Shown: one piece after another, positions 30,501 to 40,758 of the stretch
Numbering within the stretch: position 1 is the first letter of the stretch
Layout of the letters: each line of letters starts with the position of its first letter
Source: an uncultured cyanobacterium
GTDB taxonomy: Bacteria > Cyanobacteriota > Cyanobacteriia > PCC-9006 > JAAUQQ01
DNA: 64,000 bases
Direction of reading: 5' to 3'
Assembly (NCBI GenBank): GCA_963718615.1
Contig: OY970368.1
Span: 5,280,001 to 5,344,000 of the forward strand
Made by a program: the position numbers and the translations under genes
The notes under the pieces: model-generated
Told to the model about the DNA's origin: nothing
Databases searched by the model: none
The model's input: only the letters and a program-made list of their open reading frames with translations

Positions 30501-30872
30501 CGCAAACAGGGGTTCCGTAGAATTTGCCAACCAGGCTTCATCCACGGGCAATTCCTGGACGAGACGCTGACGAATCTCCTTCAGCCCATCTACAGCCCCC
30601 AAAAACAGCGTTTCTAGCTCTGTATCCCAACTAATCTGACGGGCACGCAGAATTTTGAAGAAATCTTCCAGCCGATGGGCGACTTGGGCCATGGGGGTAA
30701 ATCCCATCATGCCAGCCCCCCCCTTAATCGAATGGGCTGAACGCAGGGCAATATCAAGCTGCTGCGCTTTGTTCTCGGCAGCCGTCAGCCCCAGAAGGAC
30801 GGTCTCAATCTGCTCAAAGTACTCACCCGATTCCTCTAGAAAGTTCAGCCGAACCTGTTGATCTGTATCCAT
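27579..30872 (-). CDS. cheA: Hybrid CheA-like histidine kinase (Hpt, kinase, CheW, receiver)
   Basis: AHSIKGGA Hpt, HLLRNAFDHG, DDGRG, SGRGVGMDVV, and a C-terminal receiver (VVDD...DVEMP...KP). Confidence 0.96.
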   Translation of the reverse strand: MDTDQQVRLNFLEESGEYFEQIETVLLGLTAAENKAQQLDIALRSAHSIKGGAGMMGFTPMAQVAHRLEDFFKILRARQISWDTELETLFLGAVDGLKEIRQRLVQELPVDEAWLANSTEPLFAQLRSRLGDLSDEDEDRLLSEEEGVDVALLMFNSGVEEILNRFEADLEGLAAEALRSSLVTVATQLTDLGLIGELDAFVQLCESVLDPAMSAPAGQLQSLAAEALRTWRRAQSLVQLGRVGNLPTQIIWVETAAETTEPVKVEPVQRDEPAHEGLEAQLGEVDLSELQRLQAEMAQVLMGSSMPSPAFTLPDENEIELDKADLEQAAEASLMDTAPVLMSPASETVLDGQELSQLQDAIAQLNLSALESIAPVSELIPEEPLAAASPVASPVASKPLSPVHLSVQSTTAVQRGATLRIAAEDLQQINTLFGTLILERNALNLRQQQLDGFAGLLQERMRILESFNQRLRQWYDRTSLEGLIRQLPGTEPPQGRRPLPPPLSPLHGTSLPGTTALALGRTSEFDSLEMDQYSDLHLMAQEQMETIVQLQEVAADIQLGLQEIGQVTQQLNSTTRLLQNRMTRTQMRPFSDIAGRFPRLMRDLSVQYGKQVELKVEGETTLVERSALDALVDPLTHLLRNAFDHGLETPDERLAIGKSPMGQITLRAIQRGNQVRILVKDDGRGIDLEKIRDRVRKYDIPEDHIAQMSERQLLSLIFDAGFSTAEAVTELSGRGVGMDVVRANLEQLRGDIQVETKLGQGTTFTLSVPLTLSVLRVLLLEQHKLTFAVPVDAIEEMLVATPEMLGRSPQDLTPTPPDSPSYLRWKDQSIPIVDLADSFCFQGKAEPVSLDGNPSINRPLFVVVRDQARFYAVPMQRLWHEQEVAIRPVTSLMPLPTGFVGATILGDGRVIPLVDLVQLVHAAISRTAPAPPSLLTSPLAATVTSPIKAEPIRELGTSSLGLDPRKTKGASQARQQTILVVDDSVHLRRYLTITLEKAGYRVEQAKDGQEAVDKLLGGLSVEAVICDVEMPRLDGYGVLEEIKQRAEFQSLPITMLTSRSSDKHRKLAMNLGASAYFSKPYNEQELLKALEHLIQKA

Positions 30873-30886
30873 GGTTTGCCTCTGAG

Positions 30887-33427
30887 CTAGGACTGGAATG
30901 AATCCGATGAATCCAGCGAATCCAAGCCCTGAGCCTCATCCAGCTTGAACTGCTCCACCGAGGCTTCCAATTCGCGGGCAACCTGAGCGGTGGATTGAAT
31001 CGCTTGGGCCATCTGCTTAGAAGAGGTCGACCGTCGCTCCGACTCCTGGGCCACCTGTTGCACTAATTCGGTCACCGCCGCAGAAGACTCGGTTTGATAG
31101 GTCGCAGAGGCTGAAATCTTTTGCATCAACTGGTTAATTTGCTGGGACTTCGCCAACACTTCGGACAGTCGCTGCTTGGTGCTTTCCACTAGCTTCGTAC
31201 TATCTACCACCTGAGCCGTACCAGTTTCGATCGCCTCAACCACTTCCTGGGTTTCCGTTTGAATTGCCGCAACAATCTGAGCGATTTCCTTCGTCGCTGC
31301 CGAGGACTGTTCCGCCAAGGAGCCGACCTGTTCCGCAACCGCTGTAAAGCCTTGACCAAACTCCCCAGCCCGTGCTGCTTCTACACTGGCGTTGACCGCT
31401 AGCAAGTTCGTCTTAAGGGCGATTTCATCAATCAGACCCACCGCCTGGGAAATCTTCTGGGCCGATTCGCCCAAGCGTTTGATTTTCTTCGCCGTTTCAC
31501 CCACCGTCGTCCGCAGACCTAGAATACTCTCCACCGTTTGGTCCATGGATTGAGTGCCCACCTGGACCGACGCATAGGTATCTTTAGTCAAACGCGAGGC
31601 CTGTCCTGCGTTGGCCGCCACTTCTTGAATTGAACCGGAAATATCTTCCACCGCTTCGAGGGTCTCCTTGAGAGACTGGGCCTCGGCGATCGCCTGGTCT
31701 GCCAAGTCCCGAATCGCCGCCTCGTTAACCGATAGCGATTGAGTCACCTGTCCTGTAGACGACTTCACCTTAATCGTCGTGAGCCGCAGGTTTTCAATGA
31801 TGGCATTAAACAAATCCGCCACCACACCCACATCTCCCTCCGAGAGCTTCGCCCGGACCCGCAGGTCCCCATCTGCCGCATCCCCAATATCTTCCATGAG
31901 TGCGGTGATATCTTGCTCCAGGTGCTCCCGCAACTGCTGCTGTTTTTCAGCGGCTGCTTTTTGCTGGCTCAGTAGGGTCTGAATTTGGTTCAGCAAGGTA
32001 TTGAAGACCTGGCCCAGGGTTTGGGTCTCGACCGTTCCCTCCAAATTCGCTCGCACATCCAAGTCACCTGCCGTTGCCGACTCAGCCGTTCGAGTCAGGG
32101 ACTGCAGCGGAGCCGCTAGCTGTCGAGCCAAGACCAAGAGCACCGCCGCCGCCGCCAACCCTAACAACACCGTCGTGGTGGCAAACACTCGGATCAGTTC
32201 ATTCCCCGCCGATTCCACATCCGCCACATCAACGGAGGCGATCGTTACCCAGTTCGTGCCAGGAACCGTCGTTAAACTGTAGGTTTTGGTGCCAATTTCT
32301 GTCAGCGCGGTCAGAATTTTTTGCCCTTCAGCCGCTTCTAGAATCTGAAGCTGTAGAGACGCTAAATTCAAGTTTTGGACCAAGGTCGCTTGATGCTGTT
32401 CCGCCGTTGCCCCTTCTTGCTTGAGCTCCTCCTGTAGGGCAAAGGCCAAACCGGCAATCGTCGAGCCCCCAATAATTTCAGTTCCCCCCGATGAAACCCC
32501 ATCTGGTTCAATTCGGTTAAAGGGAATTCCGGTTTGAGCATCCACCACCTGAACCGCCTGAGAGGCCCCGACGGCACTGGATTTGATCGATGTGGCGATC
32601 TGTTTGTCCATGGGCTCAGTCGGCACCAAGGCTTTGACCACCCCCATAAATTCTCCGGTTTTGGGGTCGGAAATAGCCCGCGACAGGGAAACCCCCATTT
32701 GATTGGAGGTTCGTTCCAATTCCGGTGGACCAATATGCTGGCCCTCCTGTTTTGCCGTTTGCCACCAGCGTTCGTCTTGCTGGGCAAAGTCTGGCGTGGG
32801 CGTACTGTAGGCCACGTTAAATCCTAACCGTTCCGTGAAGAAGATATCGCTAAAGTCTTCAACTTTGGCCACATCGGCCAAATACTCGTTCAATCCGAGA
32901 TTGTTGTTCAGCAGTTTCGTTGCCGCAAAGGCTGCTTCTAAATCGCCAATCGATCGCTGGGCCAATCCTTCTGCCTCGGCTTTTTGGGTCGATTCCTTCA
33001 GGGCCTGCCTGACATCGGGGTTTACCGCAATCACTGCTGTAGTTTGAAAGCCGTCTTCTACAAAGATTGAGGCCACGTTAGCCGCCAAGAACGATTCCTC
33101 TTCAAGCAGCGTCAGTGCTTCACCCTGGGCCCGCTGCTTCTCCGCCTGAAATCCTAGAAAGCCTGCAATCACCAGCGGAATCAACGTGGTGGGCAGCAGC
33201 GTCAGCAATAAGCGTTGGCTGAGGTTTGTGCCTTTGCGAGGCGCAAAGGATTTGGTTTCCAGTAATGTGCCTTGCAGGGCCTCTATTGACGCAATTCCTG
33301 GGTCTTCTGAAAGCCCTGCTTCAGAGGCCTCTACTTCTAGGGAAGCAGGAGATGGCTCAGCCCACTGGGTTTCTGGCTCGACGGAGGAGGGGATATCCAT
33401 GGATGAGGACAGGTTTTGGGAAGCCAT
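30887..33427 (-). CDS. Methyl-accepting chemotaxis protein with an extracellular Cache-type domain and HAMP
   Basis: Two TM segments flank a [10 protein letters not shown] Cache-like region; [26 protein letters not shown] signalling hairpin. Confidence 0.95.
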   Translation of the reverse strand: MASQNLSSSMDIPSSVEPETQWAEPSPASLEVEASEAGLSEDPGIASIEALQGTLLETKSFAPRKGTNLSQRLLLTLLPTTLIPLVIAGFLGFQAEKQRAQGEALTLLEEESFLAANVASIFVEDGFQTTAVIAVNPDVRQALKESTQKAEAEGLAQRSIGDLEAAFAATKLLNNNLGLNEYLADVAKVEDFSDIFFTERLGFNVAYSTPTPDFAQQDERWWQTAKQEGQHIGPPELERTSNQMGVSLSRAISDPKTGEFMGVVKALVPTEPMDKQIATSIKSSAVGASQAVQVVDAQTGIPFNRIEPDGVSSGGTEIIGGSTIAGLAFALQEELKQEGATAEQHQATLVQNLNLASLQLQILEAAEGQKILTALTEIGTKTYSLTTVPGTNWVTIASVDVADVESAGNELIRVFATTTVLLGLAAAAVLLVLARQLAAPLQSLTRTAESATAGDLDVRANLEGTVETQTLGQVFNTLLNQIQTLLSQQKAAAEKQQQLREHLEQDITALMEDIGDAADGDLRVRAKLSEGDVGVVADLFNAIIENLRLTTIKVKSSTGQVTQSLSVNEAAIRDLADQAIAEAQSLKETLEAVEDISGSIQEVAANAGQASRLTKDTYASVQVGTQSMDQTVESILGLRTTVGETAKKIKRLGESAQKISQAVGLIDEIALKTNLLAVNASVEAARAGEFGQGFTAVAEQVGSLAEQSSAATKEIAQIVAAIQTETQEVVEAIETGTAQVVDSTKLVESTKQRLSEVLAKSQQINQLMQKISASATYQTESSAAVTELVQQVAQESERRSTSSKQMAQAIQSTAQVARELEASVEQFKLDEAQGLDSLDSSDSFQS

Positions 33428-33525
33428 TGCAATTGCCTTAAATGAACTGCCTTGAAGGTGAATAGCGGCCCCTACCTAGGGGCCAGAAAATGGGTCAAAG
33501 GCCGATGGGAATCGGTAAAACTGAG

Positions 33526-34137
33526 CTAGCGTTGCTCAGCATCCATTAAGCATTTGGCATGGGACAGCGCCTCCACACTCAAGACCATCAGTTCTTGGCC
33601 CTCTTCCCAAACTCGCCCCTGTAAATAGGGCAAAAGTTCTGGAGCGCATTCTCCGACGGGCGATTCCAGAGCATCTGCCGTGAGCCGAAGCGTGCCGCGA
33701 ATTTGCTGCACGGACAGTCCTAGCAAGGGGGTTTCAGAACCCAAATTTGGACTTCCGAGGGAGTTAGCTGGTAGCGTCTGGACCACAATCATTTCGTAAC
33801 GACGCGATCGCATCCGCTCCCCTGATAGTTCTAGGAGATGGGCTAAATCCACGGCCCAGAAGACCTTGCCCTTAGAACTCATTAAGCCCAAAACCGCAGA
33901 TGGCATATTGGGAATGGGGGTCATGCTTTCCGTCGGCAGCAGGAGGGTTTCTACCACCCGCTGGAGCGAAATCGCAGCTTGGATCTGGGGGCCGAGCTGA
34001 AACTTAAGGTACAGATCTCCCGTAGGCTGTTGCGGATTAAACAGCTCGGGCAGGAGTTGCTGCAGCCGGTCAATGGGTTTGGCAGGCGGTTTGGGGGTGG
34101 GGTTAGTGGCGTTAGCGGTGGACTTAGCGATGTGCAT
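33526..34137 (-). CDS. cheW: CheW-like coupling protein
   Basis: TPIPNMPSAVLGLMSSKGKVFWAVDL and LGLSVQQIRG; position in the operon. Confidence 0.92.
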   Translation of the reverse strand: MHIAKSTANATNPTPKPPAKPIDRLQQLLPELFNPQQPTGDLYLKFQLGPQIQAAISLQRVVETLLLPTESMTPIPNMPSAVLGLMSSKGKVFWAVDLAHLLELSGERMRSRRYEMIVVQTLPANSLGSPNLGSETPLLGLSVQQIRGTLRLTADALESPVGECAPELLPYLQGRVWEEGQELMVLSVEALSHAKCLMDAEQR

Positions 34138-34141
34138 GGAC

Positions 34142-34507
34142 CTAGAGGGCAACGGAACGAACGGCATCAACCAGTTGAGCTTCAGTGCAGGGTTTGACCA
34201 CGTAGGCGGCGACCCCTTGTTTTTTGGCCCAGGTTTGGTCCATTTTGCGATCTTTGGTTGTGCAGGCCACCACAGGAATGTTGGCCGTCTCTGGGGCACG
34301 CTTGAGCTCGCGGCAGAGCTCTAGTCCGGTAAATTCCGGCATCACTAGGTCTGTGACGATGATGTCTGGCTTATTCAGCTTGATTTTTTCGAGCGCGATC
34401 GCCCCACTTTCTGCTGTCGAAACAATATACCCAGCTCGCTCTAAATAATTGGCAATCAATTGGAGCTGAGATTGCATGTCATCAACAACAAGTACAGTCT
34501 TAGGCAT
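34142..34507 (-). CDS. cheY: Single-domain response regulator (CheY/PilH-like)
   Basis: VLVVDD, DLVMP and KP motifs; position in the operon. Confidence 0.92.
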   Translation of the reverse strand: MPKTVLVVDDMQSQLQLIANYLERAGYIVSTAESGAIALEKIKLNKPDIIVTDLVMPEFTGLELCRELKRAPETANIPVVACTTKDRKMDQTWAKKQGVAAYVVKPCTEAQLVDAVRSVAL

Positions 34508-34611
34508 GGTGTTCTCTCTAAACAAATCGGGTGGAATAAAAAGTTGTTGAGTTAATCAATCGACTCAGGCTGGGAGCGATCGCCAAGATTCATCTTTTCC
34601 TACAAATACCC

Positions 34612-35880
34612 TCACATCCCACGGGAAGAAACAGATTTATTCAAATGGGTATTAACAATCGCCAGCAGCCCTTCCCGAGTAAAGGGTTTGGTTAAATAAT
34701 CCGTTGCCCCTGAAGATTCTGCTTTGGCTTTGTCCAAAACACCGGTATTTCCACTGACCATAATGATGGGTAAATCCTTAAACACGGAGCTGCGTCGCAG
34801 GATTTGACAGAGGCGATTACCGTTAATTCCCGGCATCGAGACATCCATTAGAATGAGGTCAGGTTTCATCGCAAACAAAGCTGACAGAGATTCCATCGGG
34901 TTTTCGACTGTGGTTATCTCAAATTGCTCGCTACCTAAGTATTGCTGAATCGTATCCAACATCGCTGGACTATCATCAATACAAACAATTTTGTAAACGG
35001 GCTGGGATGGCATCAAAGGATTAATCAAGGGCGCTGCTTCAGAACGCTCCATTGGCGCTGTTCCACCAGGCTTTCTCGGACGCCGACGACGCTCGATTCG
35101 GGGGGGAATCGGTGGCAATGTACTAAAGGGAATTTGAGGCGATCGCAGCGCCAAAATTCCCTTGTCAAGAAAGGGATGCAACAACTGCGCAACCTTAAGA
35201 TCATCCTGCTTTAAGAACAATGAGAGCTTGCGCAAGCTTGCCCCTTGCATAAGCTTAACCAGCATGTTCAAGACATCCTGCGACAGCAGAGCACCTGGAA
35301 CCGCTTGATGAAGCTGACTGGGATCGGGGCAATAGGGCTGTTGATAGGGCGAGGTGATCAACGGCCAAAGCCTCTGCCAAGCCTGTTGTCGGGTTTCTAG
35401 ACGATCGAGCACCTCCGATAAGCGAGACAAGCGGTCTAGCTCTAAGGGATAGGCCGGAACTGCCGGAGTTGTCTGCCACTGAGAAGATCCTTGGGGCAGC
35501 CATAGCAAGTATTCCAGAGCATCCTCCGAAACTGCCAGCAGCAGGTTCGTGAGCTGGGGCGAAGTGAGCAATCCTTCGTTCAGGAGGACGGTAGCCGCTT
35601 GGACAATCCATGGGGCCTGACTTTCGCCGAGTCCCCTGCGAGCAGCATCCGCTTGGGTTAATTTCCGCGCGGATTGAGCTGCCCTATCATGACCCAACTT
35701 GAGCAAATGATATTCTAGGGTTTCTAAGGATTGGACTGAATGGAGTGCGTATTGCAACCGACCTTGCAGCAAAGAAACATCCCAAGTGATTCCGTTGCTC
35801 GTCACGGTGAGATGACCGCTGCTTAAGGGCAGTGCAATCTCTCGACAAAGTGCTAGGGCATTGAAACTGTTGGTCATCAC
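34612..35880 (-). CDS. PatA-type response regulator (PATAN + receiver)
   Basis: N-terminal SGHL.V...W...L.QGRLQYA PATAN-like segment and a C-terminal CIDDS...DVSMP...KPF receiver; first gene of a cyanobacterial tax-type operon. Confidence 0.9.
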   Translation of the reverse strand: MMTNSFNALALCREIALPLSSGHLTVTSNGITWDVSLLQGRLQYALHSVQSLETLEYHLLKLGHDRAAQSARKLTQADAARRGLGESQAPWIVQAATVLLNEGLLTSPQLTNLLLAVSEDALEYLLWLPQGSSQWQTTPAVPAYPLELDRLSRLSEVLDRLETRQQAWQRLWPLITSPYQQPYCPDPSQLHQAVPGALLSQDVLNMLVKLMQGASLRKLSLFLKQDDLKVAQLLHPFLDKGILALRSPQIPFSTLPPIPPRIERRRRPRKPGGTAPMERSEAAPLINPLMPSQPVYKIVCIDDSPAMLDTIQQYLGSEQFEITTVENPMESLSALFAMKPDLILMDVSMPGINGNRLCQILRRSSVFKDLPIIMVSGNTGVLDKAKAESSGATDYLTKPFTREGLLAIVNTHLNKSVSSRGM

Positions 35881-36289
35881 GAACCTACAAGGCCTTCCTC
35901 AGCCAAAATCATCAGTGTGCTACTGCCAAGAGAACTTGAAAAATACGTAAACAAAGTACGTATTTACACGCGACGAAAATCGCGATCGCAGTTGACGTAT
36001 CCCGAAATACACCTGACCCCTAGACCCGTTAGGTAAACGCCTTACCAACAACTCTGACTTCAAGATGGCCTAGAGTTGGGGGTCAGCCATCCCTCGACCT
36101 TAAGTTGCCCAAGCGATCGACCGAGATCACAGTTCGGCCTATTAAGATTTCTGTTGATTTTGCCGCAGGCTCAGGGTTCACAGGAACATCCCAGGGTTCC
36201 TTAACATCTATGCCATCAGGACCCGTTCAAGGAGCCGTTAAATTTCCAACGCTTTGCTGAGCGGGTATTGCCAGTCCGATTTGAATCAC

Positions 36290-36307
36290 AGACGAGACGC
36301 ACTGTCT
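36290..36307. promoter_or_regulatory. Possible TetR autoregulatory operator
   Basis: Imperfect dyad (AGACGAGACGCACTGTCT) just upstream of a TATCAT -10-like hexamer and the tetR start. Confidence 0.35.
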
Positions 36308-36349
36308 TTTCTATCATAGAAGTATCACCGTCGCATTCCTCCCAGGGTC

Positions 36350-37003
36350 ATGGCTAGAAAATCCGTTCAGGCGACGAATTCATCCCTTTGTTTTCCGACG
36401 CCCCCTTCTCCAATCAAGTCCTCTCCGGGTCGCCGCCGCAGCGAGGTTTCCCACCAGGCCATTCTGAAAGCAGCAGCGGAGCTGTTAGACGAAGAGGGCT
36501 ATGTGGGGATGAGCATTGAGGCGATCGCCCGTCGAGCCGGTGTCGGTAAACAAACCATCTACCGCTGGTGGCCGTCCAAAGCCGCAGTGGTTTTGGAGTC
36601 TTATTACAACCAAGTGGATCAGGCTCTAAGTCTGCCCAATACGGGGTCGGTGGCCCAGGATCTGACGCAGGTTGTTCGGCAACTGCTGCAACGGCTGACC
36701 AGTAGCGCGGCTGCCAAGGCCATGGCAGGCATCCTGGCAGAGGCCCAGGCAGATCCCAACTTAGCTCAAGCCTTCCGCGACAAACTCATTGCCAGCCGTC
36801 GAGCCATTATCCAGGCGATTTTGCGGCAAGGCATCGCACGCGGTGAGTTACGGGACGATCTCGACATCGAGCTCACCACGGATTTAATCTACGGACCGGT
36901 TTGGTATCGTCTGCTCTTGGGTCACGCTCCTCTCGATGAAGCCTTTGCTTGCTCTTTGGTGGATGAACTCCTGATTGGTCTCCAATCCTTTGAAGAAGAC
37001 TAA
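36350..37003 (+). CDS. TetR/AcrR-family transcriptional regulator
   Basis: ILKAAAELL...MSIEAIARRAGVGKQTIYRWWPSK HTH. Confidence 0.95.
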   Translation: MARKSVQATNSSLCFPTPPSPIKSSPGRRRSEVSHQAILKAAAELLDEEGYVGMSIEAIARRAGVGKQTIYRWWPSKAAVVLESYYNQVDQALSLPNTGSVAQDLTQVVRQLLQRLTSSAAAKAMAGILAEAQADPNLAQAFRDKLIASRRAIIQAILRQGIARGELRDDLDIELTTDLIYGPVWYRLLLGHAPLDEAFACSLVDELLIGLQSFEED

Positions 37004-37249
37004 AGGGGAATAAAGGCCAGGTTGTGGGGGAATCACAACCTGACGAACCCTGAAGCAAGTCCTGTCGGTTTTGTCCAGAAACCGACAGTCCACTCATCCC
37101 AGGAAAAACCCCGGATGATTCGTGTAGGAAAGAGCTTCACTCACCGTCTGGGGCAATCAGGTATTTTTTTCAGAAAAGCATAAAGAAAGGAAACATTGTT
37201 TTAAGTCACGCTAGACCCGTGTGCTAAACCCGTGTGCTGGACCAATGCA

Positions 37250-38458
37250 CTAGACAAAAATAACGTCCCGTCCTAGGGAAAAGTCGGTGGTATCTTGCAG
37301 GATTCCGACAATATCGCCATCCAGTGTAATGAGAGTATCAACGGCGGTTGAGCCGACGCCAAATTCGCCAAAACTGAGTTGATAAAATCCTCCGGTATTG
37401 GCGAGGAAAACAAAATCGTCCGCTGGATTAAAATCAGTGATCACCGCGAAGGAGTTGTCATAAACCACGCCATTGTCAAGATAGTAGGCCCCGGCTTCAT
37501 CTCCTAAGACAAACCAGTCCATCCCGCTGCCGCCGGTCAAAAAATCAATTTCATTCATCTGGCCGCCATAGCCCACAAGGGCGTCGACCCCACTGCCCCC
37601 TAGCAGCTCATCGCTGCCGGTGCCGCCTTCGAGCCAGTCATCCCCTTGGCCACCGCTGAGAAAATCGTCCCCTGCACCGCCTTGAATTTCGTCATCCCCG
37701 CCTTCTCCAAATAGGAAGTTGGCCGCTTGATCGCCGGTAATGCGATCGCCCAGTTCCGTCCCAATCACATCCGCAAACTGGGTCACTTTCAGCTCTAAAA
37801 CCGCCGCAAAATCCGTATTCAAAACCGTCAAGCGGTTCTCAGACAAATCCACATCCAGCGAGACATCCAAAGCGCCACCGCCATCAATCAGGCTAAAGCG
37901 ATTCGTCGGTGCAATAATTTCTTCAATATGGCGGAGCTGATCTGTGCCATAAAAACCCTTATCCACCGAACCATCCAGGGACAAAACCAGGGTTTCATCC
38001 AGCTCGTCGTAATTCACCACATCCCAATGATCTCCCCCATCGAGGATGTCATTCCCTGCTGAGCCCCGAAAGAAATCGGAGCCCCCCAATCCCGCTAAAA
38101 AGTTATTGCCGGAATTGCCAATCAGCCAGTTGTCGAGAGAATTGCCAATGCCGCTGAGATGGCCATTGCCCAGGAGCACCAAGCCTTCAACCTGCTCGCT
38201 AAGGGTATAGCTGACCGTCGTCAAAACTTCATCGGAGCCGCCATCGGCCAGTTCTACGATGGCATCGCCGGGAGAATCGACAAAATAGCGATCGTTGCCC
38301 GCTCCGCCCAGGAGGATGTCATACCCCAGACCGCCGTCGAGGATATCGTTGCCAGAGCCGCCGAAGAGGGTATCGTTGCCTGCATCTCCATTGATTGTGT
38401 CATCATCGTGGGTTCCCGTAAGAACATCATCGAATGCTGTGCCATTGAGGTTAGCCAT
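37250..38458 (-). CDS. RTX-type calcium-binding protein
   Basis: Many GGxGxD repeats; LTGGSGMDWFVLGD...AVITDF C-terminus. Confidence 0.9.
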   Translation of the reverse strand: MANLNGTAFDDVLTGTHDDDTINGDAGNDTLFGGSGNDILDGGLGYDILLGGAGNDRYFVDSPGDAIVELADGGSDEVLTTVSYTLSEQVEGLVLLGNGHLSGIGNSLDNWLIGNSGNNFLAGLGGSDFFRGSAGNDILDGGDHWDVVNYDELDETLVLSLDGSVDKGFYGTDQLRHIEEIIAPTNRFSLIDGGGALDVSLDVDLSENRLTVLNTDFAAVLELKVTQFADVIGTELGDRITGDQAANFLFGEGGDDEIQGGAGDDFLSGGQGDDWLEGGTGSDELLGGSGVDALVGYGGQMNEIDFLTGGSGMDWFVLGDEAGAYYLDNGVVYDNSFAVITDFNPADDFVFLANTGGFYQLSFGEFGVGSTAVDTLITLDGDIVGILQDTTDFSLGRDVIFV

Positions 38459-38762
38459 GAGCGTCCTGACTGATTAAACGAACAACAAATCTCAACTGCA
38501 AAAACTATCAACCGCAAAATTATCCGCTGAACCCATGCAGTGAGGGGCGATCGCCCACCGGTTTATCTTCCTAGGACAAACCGGTTTTGCGGGCGATCGA
38601 GGGCTGTGATTCCCTGCAATGGCTATTCGGTCCCAAAAATAAAAATTATTCAGTTCAGCCCTAGGGTGAATTCCCAAGACGCCGATGTATGCCCCCTGAA
38701 AGACGGCAAGGGCAGGGCACAAAAGCAAGGATAGTAAGAGAAATCTACATCCAGAAACCATC

Positions 38763-39413
38763 ATGACGAACTTTTTCTCCCCCCGCTGGCTCTCGATTCT
38801 GGGCGTGACGGTGACTAGCCTCGGTGTTGGCTCTTTGACTCCCCTCCCCGCCAAGGCCCAAACCAATAGCGGTGCGCTTAATCCTTGCCCCCAAATTTAT
38901 TATGAAGAGCCATTTAATCGCCGATTTCTCTCGCCAGAAGGTTGTCCTGCCAACCTTGCACGCCAAACGGAAATGACCAACGGAGTCACCCAGCCCAGCC
39001 TCTTGCCCGCAACCCCCCTGCCCTCGACGACGTTGCCGTCACCCAGCAGCAGTGGCCTAGGAGTTATTCAGCCCCCGTTGCCGGAAGATCAAGGCGTGGC
39101 GATCGCCACGATCCAACCCACCAATCAACAGGTTGCAGTGCGACTCATTAATCAAACTAACGCCTCGGTTACCTACGAAGTCATTGGTGATACTAACCGT
39201 CGCACCCTGATGGGAGGCGAAACCGTCTCGCTCACCGGCCTGCCGCTGCCAAGCACGATCACGGCGGTTCGCGCCGATGGGGGATTGCTAGATTTCAAAG
39301 CAATGAATCAAGGCGAAGGCCAGCTCGACGTGATGCTTAGCGCCGACCCAACCTTTGACGATATTCAAGGCGTCTTGCGGATTCAGGCTGATGGTCAGGT
39401 TTTTATCAATTAA
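38763..39413 (+). CDS. Secreted hypothetical cyanobacterial protein
   Basis: Signal peptide, NPCPQIYYEEPFN...PEGCPAN motif, a Pro-rich linker and a beta-rich C-terminal domain. Confidence 0.75.
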   Translation: MTNFFSPRWLSILGVTVTSLGVGSLTPLPAKAQTNSGALNPCPQIYYEEPFNRRFLSPEGCPANLARQTEMTNGVTQPSLLPATPLPSTTLPSPSSSGLGVIQPPLPEDQGVAIATIQPTNQQVAVRLINQTNASVTYEVIGDTNRRTLMGGETVSLTGLPLPSTITAVRADGGLLDFKAMNQGEGQLDVMLSADPTFDDIQGVLRIQADGQVFIN

Positions 39414-39874
39414 AACGAGCTACGTAACTTATCCAGGAGAAACCGCAGTTGCTCTATCTCGGACGGTTCTAGGTGTTCAAAATACTGCTTCAGATGGGCA
39501 ATTTGGGACGGAAAAATTCTGTTAAAGACAGCCTCTCCGGTTTCCGTCAGCACCAGCCGAAAACTGCGGCGATTTTCCGGGGGAACCTCCCGCCGAACCA
39601 GCCCTTTCTGTTCCAATCGATCGACAATGCCCGTTAGTGTTCCTTTCGTAACCAGAGTCTTTGCCGCCACTTCTTTCATCGTCATGCCCGCCGTTCCCCC
39701 CAAGGTTGCAATCACATCAAATTGGGGAGACGTTAAACCCATCTGCCGAATATGGCGATCTGAACATCCATAGAAGGCTTGATAGGCCTGGGCTAAAGCT
39801 CGCATTGTAGGAATAAAGGCTTCACGAGCCGCAGCAGTGGGAGTGTAGGTCTGTTGGGAATCCACAAATGGCAT
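39410..39874 (-). CDS. MarR-family transcriptional regulator
   Basis: GLTSPQFDVI...TKGTLTGIVDRLEQKGLV.R...RRS...LTETG. Confidence 0.95.
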   Translation of the reverse strand: MPFVDSQQTYTPTAAAREAFIPTMRALAQAYQAFYGCSDRHIRQMGLTSPQFDVIATLGGTAGMTMKEVAAKTLVTKGTLTGIVDRLEQKGLVRREVPPENRRSFRLVLTETGEAVFNRIFPSQIAHLKQYFEHLEPSEIEQLRFLLDKLRSSF

Positions 39875-39989
39875 GCAATCCGCTAACGAAAAACGGTCTG
39901 TTTGCTAAACAGACTGTCCTACTCTATCGCGATCGCCCCACAACCCTCTAAAAGTTCATGGATAATCCCATCCTCAACCCACAAAACAG

Positions 39990-40583
39990 TCAATCGCTGT
40001 AACGCTCCTCCGCAAAAGGTTCGCCCCGCATATGGTAACCATTGCGTTCCCAAAAGCCGGGTTCATCCGCTGCCAAAAATTCCAAACCGTTGAGCCACTT
40101 GCCACTTTTCCAGGCGTAAAGATGGGGGACAACGAGGCGCAAAGGTCCTCCGTGATCGGCGGCTAGAGGCTCGCCCAAAACCTCGTAGGCCAGGAAATTA
40201 TCTTCTCGTATAAAATCTTCAAGTCTCAAGTTTGTTGTGTAGCCACCGTAGCAATGTTGCATCACGGCTGTCGCTTCGGCAGAGAGTTCGATCCGCGCCA
40301 TGAGATCGGTCACCTTGACACCGCGCCAAGAGACATCCAGCTTTGACCAGCGCGTCACGCAATGAAAGTCCGCCGTAAATTCAGACTGGGGCATGGCCAT
40401 TAAATCAGCCCAGGTCAACACTTGAGGCGTTGCCAAGCCACGAATTTCTAATTGCCAGTCCTCACGCCTCACCAACGGCGTTTCACCATAGGTCAAGACC
40501 GGAAATCCACTGGCTAAATGCTGGCCAGCGGGAACGCGGTCCTGTAAATCAGGGTCGGGTTTAGAGAAAAACTTGCCAGCCAT
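39990..40583 (-). CDS. Sulfite oxidase-like molybdopterin oxidoreductase
   Basis: DFHCVTRWS, YTTNL, HGGPLRLVVPHLYAWKSGKW and GFWERNGYH motifs. Confidence 0.93.
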   Translation of the reverse strand: MAGKFFSKPDPDLQDRVPAGQHLASGFPVLTYGETPLVRREDWQLEIRGLATPQVLTWADLMAMPQSEFTADFHCVTRWSKLDVSWRGVKVTDLMARIELSAEATAVMQHCYGGYTTNLRLEDFIREDNFLAYEVLGEPLAADHGGPLRLVVPHLYAWKSGKWLNGLEFLAADEPGFWERNGYHMRGEPFAEERYSD

Positions 40584-40758
40584 CCTGTGAGCCGCTCCTG
40601 TATTGGGTCCAGGTCTGTAGGTTTCATCGTTATATTTTATAGTTTAGCGCCCCGGTTGGTCCTCAGGAGACGGGGGTGGTCGGGTCGAGCCGGATTTTTG
40701 GGCCATTGCCAATTTGCGGTAGAGTCACAAACAGGCATTGCACAATAGGCTGGGCGAT

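Noticed and set aside
27579-35880. Absence of cheR/cheB as a novelty
   Set aside because: This is normal for cyanobacterial PatA-CheY-CheW-MCP-CheA operons.
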